A DNA stretch of 32,000 bases from Geotalea daltonii FRC-32 (GCF_000022265.1 NC_011979.1:3180001-3212000); one strand, 5' to 3'; counted from the first letter of the stretch, positions 1 through 7,469 are shown. Made by a program: numbers and translations. Notes: generated by a model from the sequence alone, not told the origin.

Positions 1-413
1 CGGTATTCACCGGCATAGTCGAAATTCAGATCGCCGTAATAATCTTTGTCGTTAAGATAGTTACCGTCCAGGGTAAATTTAAGGTCCTGCCCCAGCCTGT
101 TGTAACTGGCACCGCCAATAATACCTGAATGCAGATAATTGTATTTGGAAGCGCGTCCGCCATAGTTGTCGATGGTCAGAAATCTGTATCCGGTGTATCC
201 CTCCAGCAAAGAATGGGTCTCTGCAGCTTTTGCAGGAAATGCCTCTTGCAGCAGGGCTTCATCCAGCTCCGATAATTCGGAGCCGTCAGCAAGGTGGTTT
301 TCTGTCTCGGTCGAAGTATCTGGTTTCTCCGAAGCCAAAGCATTGATAACCGAGAGATTAAACACAACTAATGCTGCCGCAAGCAAACAGGTCAATCTTA
401 AGAGCTTTATCAC
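1..413 (-). CDS. Outer-membrane beta-barrel protein, N-terminal 137 codons only (runs off the window edge). Candidate MtrB/PioB-type partner of the adjacent decaheme cytochrome.
   Basis: Absent from the ORF track because it is open at the window edge. Hand translation of the minus strand starts at GTG 413, with AAGGAG 7 nt upstream. It reads VIKLLRLTCLLAAALVVFNLSVINALASEKPD...LEGYTGYRFLTIDNYGGRASKYNYLHSGIIGGASYNRLGQDLKFTLDGNYLNDKDYYGDLNFDYAGEY, with no stop through position 1. A signal peptide is followed by G/Y/N/D-rich alternating segments typical of barrel strands. It lies 35 nt downstream of the MtrA-like gene. Confidence 0.5.
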   Translation of the reverse strand, partial: MIKLLRLTCLLAAALVVFNLSVINALASEKPDTSTETENHLADGSELSELDEALLQEAFPAKAAETHSLLEGYTGYRFLTIDNYGGRASKYNYLHSGIIGGASYNRLGQDLKFTLDGNYLNDKDYYGDLNFDYAGEY

Positions 414-448
414 CAGCAATCTCCTTCTGCGCAAACGGAACGGTTTTT

Positions 449-1444
449 TTACTGACGCATTGTGCCCAGGCCGGTTACACCAGTTGACGGAATATCACTT
501 CCATGAATCTGTGAATGGCAATCCGTGCAGCGATTGGAAAAGAGCTGTTTTGTTCCAGTGGTTCCGGCCATATGACCTGCATGGCACTGCAGGCAAAGAA
601 ATGGCATCGTTGTATTCAGAAGCTGGTTGTTGGTTGACCCGTGGGGGGAATGGCAATTGGTGCAATTCTCAGTGACATCGCCATGCTCGAAGACGAAGGG
701 ACCCTGTTTCTCCATGTGGCATTTCGTGCATGTTTCCTTTGGAGTATCGCCTTTAAGGAGGCTTTCCTGTGTGGACCCGTGGACATCATGACAGTCGGCA
801 CAGGCCATCTTTTTCTCCACCAGGGGGTGATGTGAATACAAGTTGTTTTCAATTCTTACCTGTGGATGGCAGCCATAGCATAACTCAGCCATCTCTTCAT
901 GCTTGACTTTCTGCTGTGGCCCCTGATGCAGCTTATGGCAATCAAGGCAACTCACGTCACTCAATGCGTGGGCACTGGCATTCCAGTGGGCCAGGGTCGG
1001 GATGGAAGCTGCGGAATGGCATTTAAGGCAGATAAGTGACTGGGCCTGGGCGGGGAGGTTCAGAATATCGAGGAATGTCTTGGAATCGCATTTTGTTTTC
1101 CTGGCGTCGTTCAATTCAGGGTCTTCAGGAAGGTCCATTATGGCAAGGCTTCCCGGACCATGGCAAGATTCGCAGTTGACCAGCGGCAGTCCTGTTCCCG
1201 GTTTTATCTGCTCACCATGGACGCTGTGCCGGAAATCGTCGGTTATCTTGTCATGGGCATGGCATTTGGCAACGCAATTGTCGGTTCCCACATAATCCGC
1301 ATCAAACCTGCCGACGATCATTCTTTCATAGTCAGAAACCGGCAGAAGCGGTTTTGTCTGCTTCAGCTGGGAACAGGCTGCCGACAGCACAGCAACAGCC
1401 ACGGCAATGAAAACACGGCACAGCATTCCCCTGTTGACTGTCAT
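449..1444 (-). CDS. Decaheme c-type cytochrome, MtrA/DmsE/MtoA/PioA-like
   Basis: 331 aa with ten CXXCH motifs: CVAKCH, CESCH, CLKCH, CLDCH, CYGCH, CADCH, CTKCH, CTNCH, CLQCH, CTDCH. N-terminal signal peptide MLCRVFIAVAVAVLSAAC. Size and heme count match periplasmic MtrA-type decahemes. Confidence 0.85.
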   Translation of the reverse strand: MTVNRGMLCRVFIAVAVAVLSAACSQLKQTKPLLPVSDYERMIVGRFDADYVGTDNCVAKCHAHDKITDDFRHSVHGEQIKPGTGLPLVNCESCHGPGSLAIMDLPEDPELNDARKTKCDSKTFLDILNLPAQAQSLICLKCHSAASIPTLAHWNASAHALSDVSCLDCHKLHQGPQQKVKHEEMAELCYGCHPQVRIENNLYSHHPLVEKKMACADCHDVHGSTQESLLKGDTPKETCTKCHMEKQGPFVFEHGDVTENCTNCHSPHGSTNNQLLNTTMPFLCLQCHAGHMAGTTGTKQLFSNRCTDCHSQIHGSDIPSTGVTGLGTMRQ

Positions 1445-2287
1445 CTAATCCCCTCGTATTCCCTTTGTTGTCGTGTAGATGAAACCCTTTACGATCGGAT
1501 TCTCGCTCTTTTTGATCTGTGCCGGAGAGCCTACCTCGATAATCTTGCCTCCATGCATCATGGCAATACGGTCTGAAATGTAGAGTGCAAAATTCAAATC
1601 ATGGGTGACTATAACGGTCGTATTTTTAGTAGTTTCCTTGAGTTTCAAAATAGTATTGGCAAGCTCGTCCGTAGTTACCGGGTCCAGCTCTGCAGTGGGC
1701 TCGTCATAAAGTATCAGATCAGGGTTCATGGCCAGGGAACGGGCAATGGCAACCCTTTTTTTCATCCCCCCCGAAAGTTCGGAGGTCCTCAAATTTTCCG
1801 TGTCCTGCAGGCCTACCTTTTCCAGTTTTTCAGTTATGATCTGCCTGATCCTCACTTCCTTGCAGATGCGCTTTTCGCGCAACCAAAGACCGACGTTTTC
1901 GCCAACTGTCAGTGAATTAAAGAGCGCAGAAGACTGAAAGACCATGCTGTAGCGGTAGTCTCTGATGGAGTTGTTTTTAATCCTGTTGAAAATGGGATTG
2001 CCGTCAATATAGATCTCACCGCTGTCCGGTGTTTCAAGCTTGACCACATGTTTCAATAAAACACTTTTCCCGGTACCGGACGGACCGATTATACTGAAAG
2101 TTTCACCGGCCTTTATCTCCAGATCGATATCCTGTAGAACATGCTTTTCACCAAAATACTTGTTCAGTTTGTCGATCCTGATGTCTACACCACGGGTATC
2201 ATTAAGGTTGACATTGCATTCCATCTCATTGTCAAAGATGGAACCGGTGAGGCCATGCTTTATTTTTTCAAACACAGAAGCTCCCAT
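1445..2287 (-). CDS. ABC transporter ATP-binding protein, MlaF/Ttg2A-like; no cognate permease adjacent
   Basis: Walker A GPSGTGKS, signature LSGGMKKR, Walker B LILYDEPT, H-loop VTHD. Single ATPase domain with an N-terminal extension of about 35 aa. Its stop codon directly abuts the ATG of the cytochrome gene. Confidence 0.9.
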   Translation of the reverse strand: MGASVFEKIKHGLTGSIFDNEMECNVNLNDTRGVDIRIDKLNKYFGEKHVLQDIDLEIKAGETFSIIGPSGTGKSVLLKHVVKLETPDSGEIYIDGNPIFNRIKNNSIRDYRYSMVFQSSALFNSLTVGENVGLWLREKRICKEVRIRQIITEKLEKVGLQDTENLRTSELSGGMKKRVAIARSLAMNPDLILYDEPTAELDPVTTDELANTILKLKETTKNTTVIVTHDLNFALYISDRIAMMHGGKIIEVGSPAQIKKSENPIVKGFIYTTTKGIRGD

Positions 2288-2297
2288 GGGACTAAAC

Positions 2298-2798
2298 TTA
2301 AAACAGATATTTATGTCTGTTGGTAAAATAATGCTTGTGGCGGTAGATAAACTGGGTCAGAAGAAGAATGGCCAAAGAAGCGGCAATATTATTAGTCCAC
2401 AATGACTCCAGCTGAATCCTGGAACCGATTAGCTTTTCAACCTCCTGGGGCTTTATGAATGTGAGGTTGATTATGGTGTTGACTACCTGGAACAGGTTGT
2501 AAAGAATCAGCATGTACCACGTAAGCAATTGACGCTTCATCGTTCCAAGAAAAAGGTACAGACACATCAGACAGTCGATGAAAACCATCATTTTGGCCGA
2601 AGAATCTGTATAGATATCGCCTAAGAACGGATAAGGATTGCCGAAGGTTGAAACAGAAACCAGGAAAAAAAAGAAATAGAGCCCGGTCAGTAGTGTCAAT
2701 CCCAAAGGGCGGCGCAATTCTTCGCTGTCTACCATCAAAATATCCTTTAAGGGTGAACTCCGGTGCTGTCTGTCATGCCTGATGTTACAACGGTGCAT
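2298..2798 (-). CDS. Hypothetical integral membrane protein (about 4 TM helices)
   Basis: 166-aa ORF with four hydrophobic segments: LGLTLLTGLYFFFFLVSV, MMVFIDCLMCLYLFLG, LLTWYMLILYNLFQVV, IAASLAILLLTQFIY. No family recognised. The start is ATG 2798 or ATG 2735. Confidence 0.6.
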   Translation of the reverse strand: MHRCNIRHDRQHRSSPLKDILMVDSEELRRPLGLTLLTGLYFFFFLVSVSTFGNPYPFLGDIYTDSSAKMMVFIDCLMCLYLFLGTMKRQLLTWYMLILYNLFQVVNTIINLTFIKPQEVEKLIGSRIQLESLWTNNIAASLAILLLTQFIYRHKHYFTNRHKYLF

Positions 2799-2799
2799 T

Positions 2800-2901
2800 T
2801 CACTTGTTTTTCCTGTTCATATCGCTGATGGCCACACAAGCGAATATTGTAACCATTACCAGGGCTATGAACAGCCAGTCTCCCGAGCTAAATCCGAACA
2901 T
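2800..2901 (-). CDS. Small single-pass membrane peptide, 33 aa, below the ORF-track cutoff
   Basis: Hand translation gives MFGFSSGDWLFIALVMVTIFACVAISDMNRKNK. AGGAG lies 5 nt upstream of the ATG and overlaps the stop of the TPR gene. The peptide's own stop is 1 nt from the next ATG. It has a hydrophobic core and a basic C-terminus. Confidence 0.4.
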   Translation of the reverse strand: MFGFSSGDWLFIALVMVTIFACVAISDMNRKNK

Positions 2902-2908
2902 AAATCTC

Positions 2909-3871
2909 CTAATACAGCTGATCTAATGCAGCACGGGCCTCGTCATAGGCCGGATTAATTGCGAGCGCTTCCTGCAGATATTCTTCCGCATATTTGGGCA
3001 TTGCCATGTTCTTACAGCACAACGCCAGGTAGTAATATAATTCCGGCAAGGGAAACTGCTGGCAGAAAGCAGCATCATCGATAATATCCTGGTAAATGGC
3101 CGCCGATTCTTCATATTGGCCTGCCTCAAAGAGAGACATGGCCACCGCCACGGCTTCAAGGTAATCAACTACCGGTATGCGCGGGAATTCGCCCGCCTCG
3201 ATCTTTTTGAGGCGTGCCTCCAGCTTTTCAGCCTCAACTTTGTCGAGCTCCGAAATGATCCCGCTCCAGCAGGACAATGCCTTATCATACTTCCCAAGCA
3301 GATAATAGACCTCGCCCAAGGTATTTTGTGCAGGCATATGCTTAGGATCAAACTGACGTGCCTTTTCGAGAAAATCCACTGCACGGTAGAGGGAAATTGT
3401 CGAAAGATGCAAGGCGGAAAGTCTCATCCCTTTGTCCAGCAAAGTCTTGCCGATCTCGAAGGGAAACTGCGCATTTTCCGGCTCAATCAAGGCAAATATC
3501 TTCAGATAATTTATTTTTCTGTCCAGGTATGTGACTTCCACATCTTTTTGATCCAGCATGACAATGTGGCTTGCCAGTTCGGAAAGGTAGTGGGGATAGG
3601 CTTGCTGCAACAGGTTTGCATAATTGCTGCTGCCAACGGCATCCGGGTTAGCCCGCAAAAGTTGGTATATGCCCCTCCCCACTGCGTCATAACCGGGTGA
3701 AGAAGCGCCAAGGGCAGAGTGATCCTCTGCGAGTAGCGGAATGGGCATACTGCCAATGGGAATATGAATCTTGCCATCAAGTCCGTCAAGGATGGCGTCT
3801 GCCGAAGGTTCATAATAAACTATTCCTGTAACGGGTGTCATATCGGTGATGGTTAAGCGTCTGATGGTCAT
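2909..3871 (-). CDS. TPR-repeat protein
   Basis: 320 aa. The C-terminal half has TPR-like helix pairs: AQNTLGEVYYLLGKYDKALSCW, LFEAGQYEESAAIYQDII, YYYLALCCKNMAMPKYAEEYLQEALAINPAYDEA. The N-terminal 150 aa or so are unassigned. The start overlaps the upstream stop as ATGA. Confidence 0.8.
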   Translation of the reverse strand: MTIRRLTITDMTPVTGIVYYEPSADAILDGLDGKIHIPIGSMPIPLLAEDHSALGASSPGYDAVGRGIYQLLRANPDAVGSSNYANLLQQAYPHYLSELASHIVMLDQKDVEVTYLDRKINYLKIFALIEPENAQFPFEIGKTLLDKGMRLSALHLSTISLYRAVDFLEKARQFDPKHMPAQNTLGEVYYLLGKYDKALSCWSGIISELDKVEAEKLEARLKKIEAGEFPRIPVVDYLEAVAVAMSLFEAGQYEESAAIYQDIIDDAAFCQQFPLPELYYYLALCCKNMAMPKYAEEYLQEALAINPAYDEARAALDQLY

Positions 3872-4710
3872 TTCTCCAGTCTGTCCCCATCGGGAAAGGT
3901 ATTGACGCCGGCTGAGCGGCCAATCATCTTGTATATTTTCACATCATCCCACGGCTCATCCATAATACCGTCATGGATGGACCAGCTGCGGCCAAAGGCT
4001 GTTGCCGCCATTTCCGGACGGCGAAAGGGATTCGAGTTATCAAGCCTTGCATACAACATGCCCCCCGGCTTGAATCCTTCGTTTATATCCTGCATTAATC
4101 GCTTGCCCGTAATATAATCGAATCCGTATTTTTCATAACGCAGGGCATTGTCATAGGTCAACGGCTCGGCCACGATCATTTCCATCCCCAAACCATCCAC
4201 AAACAACTCCAGAAGAGTGAAAACTTCCCGGAACATCCTCAGGCCACGATGGGTCTGGTTGGGGAAAAGACCGGCCTCCATGGCCCTGATTTCCTCCGGG
4301 ATGTTCCTGCCGGTGCTGGCAAAGCAGTTGTCTTCGCCCGATTCGTCCTTGTCCACATTATAACGTGGTGCGGACAGGTCGTTGATGATGCAGAAGGATA
4401 GTTCCATCTGCCGGTATTGGGTGTCTGCCAGTTCAAGAAAAAAGACCCGTTCCTTGTCGGCAGAACTAATTCTGGCTTCAATTCGCATGAGGCCCAAGCC
4501 GCGAGGTGCTATAAATTCGATTTTTGCATTTCCCTCTGCTTCGCCAAAGGTTCCCGGCCTGATCCCAAGCACATGATAAAGCCGGTCAGGAATGAGCCTT
4601 GAATATATTCTTTTTTTCTCCACGGCATCAAGAAAACTGATGTCTCTCAGGGAAAAGAGAGCATTCCCTCTTAAATCGGTCAGCTGCTCATTTCCCGGAA
4701 GTTTGGCCAT
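3868..4710 (-). CDS. Hypothetical protein with a divergent GNAT-like (acyl-CoA N-acyltransferase) C-terminal core
   Basis: 280 aa. The segment LFPNQTHRGLRMFREVFTLLELFVDGLGMEMIVAEPLTYDNALRYEKYGFDY fits the GNAT motif A/B pattern, including the N-x-x-A-x-x-x-Y-E-K-x-G-F signature. The Q/RxxGxG/A loop is degenerate (HRGLRM). It overlaps the deacetylase gene by 23 nt. Confidence 0.65.
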   Translation of the reverse strand: MAKLPGNEQLTDLRGNALFSLRDISFLDAVEKKRIYSRLIPDRLYHVLGIRPGTFGEAEGNAKIEFIAPRGLGLMRIEARISSADKERVFFLELADTQYRQMELSFCIINDLSAPRYNVDKDESGEDNCFASTGRNIPEEIRAMEAGLFPNQTHRGLRMFREVFTLLELFVDGLGMEMIVAEPLTYDNALRYEKYGFDYITGKRLMQDINEGFKPGGMLYARLDNSNPFRRPEMAATAFGRSWSIHDGIMDEPWDDVKIYKMIGRSAGVNTFPDGDRLEK

Positions 4711-5845
4711 ATGGTCCGATAATCACAGGAAAAATGGATTTTCTTACTTTGGCAATGGTCCTTTCAACAGCATCCAATGCCCGATTGCGGTCATCATCTT
4801 CCGCCCAGTGCATTGCATCCAGAAGCATCCTGTGCGGGAACCCCATCTGCCTGATCATTTCCACGAAGGGCCCCGGCAGAGATGGAGCCAGGTCCTTGCC
4901 GTTCATCACCGCCCAGACAATTGTCCAGGCCCGTGCCACGTTCATGTTGTCGTATCCCCCTCCCCCCACCGCCAACCAGGGAATTTGCAGTGCCTTTAAT
5001 TTTTTGACAATGTACGAGTAGGCGTGGGTGGTTATCTCCAGCTTTGTCAAGGGATCGGTGCGAAAGGTATCGGCTCCCATCTGGGTTACCAGCACATCCG
5101 GGTCAAATGCAGCGATCAAAGGGAATGCAACCTCATCAAAGGCCTTCATGTAGATGGCATCGTCGGTATGTTCCAGAAGTGGCACATTGACTGTATATCC
5201 GGTGCCTGCCCCTGTACCGATCTCTTCTTCAAAACCGGTACCAGGAAAAAAATAAATCCCGCTCTGGTGAAGGGAGATTGTCAGCACCTGATCATTTTCG
5301 TAAAAAGCCTCCTGAACCCCATCTCCATGATGGGCATCCAGGTCCAGGTAAACCACCCTCTTCCCTTGGGCAAGGAGGTAGTTGATGGCAACGGCAGCGT
5401 CATTCAGGTAGGAAAAACCCGAAGCCTTGCTGCGGTGCGCATGATGCCAACCACCGGCAAGATTGAATGCAGCCTTGTAACCTTCCTCGACGATCAGCCG
5501 GGCGCCTTCCAGTGTGCCTGCCGTTCCCATGCAGGCCCAATCATACACACCTTTAAAGATCGGGTTTTCAGTATCACCAAGGCCGAAACGGAAATCGGCC
5601 CTGGACTCTTCAGCGGCACTGAATTCCTTCAACCTGGCCAGATAATCATGGGAATGGAAGGTCAGCAACTGTTCATCGGTAATGGTGCCACAACGGCATA
5701 CGCTGACGTCGGGAAGGCATGTAAGTCCATAGGCATGAATAAGCTCGTAGGCTAGCTTATACCGCTGGACTTTGAATGGATGATCAGTCCCATAACAGTA
5801 GGAGCCACAGTCCGGCGAATAGATCAGGGCGGTTCTGGCGGTCAA
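4688..5845 (-). CDS. Histone deacetylase-family (AcuC / class I HDAC-like) zinc deacetylase
   Basis: Catalytic and zinc motifs GGWHHA, DLDAHHGDG and GGGGYD are present. The ORF track extends to a TTG at 5926. I prefer TTG 5845, giving (M)TARTALIYSPD, because GGAGA lies 5 nt upstream and a promoter-like element sits inside the 5846-5926 extension. Confidence 0.88.
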   Translation of the reverse strand: MTARTALIYSPDCGSYCYGTDHPFKVQRYKLAYELIHAYGLTCLPDVSVCRCGTITDEQLLTFHSHDYLARLKEFSAAEESRADFRFGLGDTENPIFKGVYDWACMGTAGTLEGARLIVEEGYKAAFNLAGGWHHAHRSKASGFSYLNDAAVAINYLLAQGKRVVYLDLDAHHGDGVQEAFYENDQVLTISLHQSGIYFFPGTGFEEEIGTGAGTGYTVNVPLLEHTDDAIYMKAFDEVAFPLIAAFDPDVLVTQMGADTFRTDPLTKLEITTHAYSYIVKKLKALQIPWLAVGGGGYDNMNVARAWTIVWAVMNGKDLAPSLPGPFVEMIRQMGFPHRMLLDAMHWAEDDDRNRALDAVERTIAKVRKSIFPVIIGPYGQTSGK

Positions 5846-5894
5846 AGGTCTCTCCGGCTGTCGCCACAGTGGCGAACTATCGTGAATTGTTGAG

Positions 5895-5923
5895 AATTTA
5901 CAATGTAAGCTTTTAAGCGTCAA
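5895..5923 (-). promoter_or_regulatory. Sigma-70-like promoter for the deacetylase-to-cytochrome gene string
   Basis: Minus strand reads TTGACG (5923-5918), then 17 nt, then TAAATT (5900-5895). This is about 50 nt upstream of the TTG 5845 start. Confidence 0.35.
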
Positions 5924-6043
5924 CAACTATTTCCGCTCCCGCAGTCATGTTTTTAGGCACTGGGGATGAATTTTTGAGCACTTGGCAGATAAAAAAGAAA
6001 GCTACTGAAAGTTTATCCCTGTAATTTCAGTTACCTGCACAAT

Positions 6044-6059
6044 TGGCAAAAAGGTTGCT
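6044..6059 (+). promoter_or_regulatory. Sigma-54 (-24/-12) promoter upstream of the ammonium transporter
   Basis: TGGCAA-AAAGG-TTGCT matches the TGGCAC-N5-TTGCW consensus, with correct GG-to-GC spacing (G6045 to G6057 is 12 nt). It lies 60 nt upstream of the amt ATG. Confidence 0.6.
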
Positions 6060-6119
6060 ATGGCAAAGACCGTGTCTTACCCAAAGGCGGGTAAAGAGCT
6101 TTACCACTGGAGGTAATAA

Positions 6120-7340
6120 ATGGAAGCAATGCCAACGCCGGCAAATCTACACAGCAGTTCCGACGTCCTTTTCCTCATGCTTGGTGCCGTCATGGTCTTC
6201 GCCATGCATGCCGGTTTCGCCTTTCTCGAAGTGGGCACTGTTCGCAAGAAAAACCAGGTAAATGCCTTCGTCAAAATCATTACCGACTGGTCGGTCTCAA
6301 CCATTGTCTATTTCCTCATCGGTTTTCCCATTGCATACGGCATTTCCTTTCTGGTGCCAGCCACCGATCTCCTTGGCGCCAATCAGGGATACGATCTTAC
6401 CCATTTCTTTTTTCTGCTCTGCTTCTCTGCCTGCATTCCGGCAATCATCTCCGGAGGTATAGCGGAACGGGCGAAGTTTTGGCCTCAGGTGCTGGCCGGC
6501 GCAATTTTTGCCGGGTTGACCTATCCCATCTTCGAGTCCCTGATCTGGGGGCAGAATTCTGCACCGCTACAGAGTTTTTTCAAGACCTACGGGGGAGCCG
6601 AATTTCATGATTATGCGGGCTCGGTTGTAGTCCATTCCATTGGCGGTTGGCTCGCCCTGCCGGCAGTGATCATCCTTGGACCCCGAATGGGACGCTATCT
6701 TCGGGGCAAATCGCATCCGATTCCAATAAGCAATATACCCTTCCTTGCACTGGGTTCCTGGATACTTGCCGTAGGCTGGTTCGGCTTCAATGTCATGAGC
6801 GCCGGACACCTGGAGAAGATATCCGGACTGGTTGCGGTAAATTCATTGATGGCCATGGTCGGCGGCATTCTAGCGGCACTTGTAGCAGGCAAAAACGACC
6901 CCGGCTTCGTCCACAACGGCGCTTTGGCCGGCCTGATTGCCGTTTGTGCAGGGAGCGATATCATGCATCCTCTGGCGGCATTCATCACCGGATGCATCGC
7001 TTCCATTATCTTTGTCTACGGTTTTCATCTGGAACAGGAAAAACTGAAGATCGACGATGTGCTTGGCGTCTGGCCTCTCCATGGGGTGATTGGTTCCTGG
7101 GGAGGAATCGCTACCGGGATCTTCGGTCACAAATTTTTCGGGGGCATGGGGGGAGTCACCTTCATGTCACAACTTATGGGATCGGTGCTGGCAATTGCCT
7201 TTGCCCTTGTCAGCAGTCTGATTGTCTATGGCTGCCTTTCCAAAACCATCGGCGTCAGGCTGGATGAAGAACAGGAATTTGCCGGAGCCGATTTGAGCAT
7301 CCATAGTATCGGTGCATATCCGGAAGATCATGTCCGGTAA
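6120..7340 (+). CDS. amtB: Ammonium transporter (Amt family)
   Basis: 406-aa polytopic protein. Amt signatures: DYAGSVVVHSIGGW (first pore His) and LGVWPLHGVIGSWGG (second pore His). GGAGG lies 6 nt upstream of the ATG. Confidence 0.95.
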   Translation: MEAMPTPANLHSSSDVLFLMLGAVMVFAMHAGFAFLEVGTVRKKNQVNAFVKIITDWSVSTIVYFLIGFPIAYGISFLVPATDLLGANQGYDLTHFFFLLCFSACIPAIISGGIAERAKFWPQVLAGAIFAGLTYPIFESLIWGQNSAPLQSFFKTYGGAEFHDYAGSVVVHSIGGWLALPAVIILGPRMGRYLRGKSHPIPISNIPFLALGSWILAVGWFGFNVMSAGHLEKISGLVAVNSLMAMVGGILAALVAGKNDPGFVHNGALAGLIAVCAGSDIMHPLAAFITGCIASIIFVYGFHLEQEKLKIDDVLGVWPLHGVIGSWGGIATGIFGHKFFGGMGGVTFMSQLMGSVLAIAFALVSSLIVYGCLSKTIGVRLDEEQEFAGADLSIHSIGAYPEDHVR

Positions 7341-7366
7341 CGGGAAAAACCTTAATTATTTAATCT

Positions 7367-7392
7367 AAGGCCCTGAAACGGGCCTTTTTTTT
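7367..7392 (+). terminator. Rho-independent terminator after amt
   Basis: Stem AAGGCCC (7367-7373), loop TGAAAC, stem GGGCCTT (7380-7386), followed by a T-run. Confidence 0.75.
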
Positions 7393-7469
7393 ATTTTTAG
7401 TATATAATTCCCCGGAAACTGTCGATAAAGCGGTTGTAGGCAAATCAATGAGGAACGGGACAATCAACT

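Noticed and set aside
166-675. 169-aa plus-strand ORF bridging the cytochrome/barrel junction
   Set aside because: It overlaps the decaheme gene and the barrel N-terminus on the opposite strand. It has no motifs and no convincing RBS.
6043-6261. 72-aa plus-strand ORF with a TTG start
   Set aside because: Its start lies inside the -24/-12 promoter element. It overlaps the amt start in another frame, and amt has a strong GGAGG RBS.
7403-7408. TATAAT hexamer upstream of the MshEN-receiver gene
   Set aside because: There is no acceptable -35 element at 16-18 nt, because that position falls in the amt terminator stem. It may still be a promoter, but the sequence alone does not support the call.
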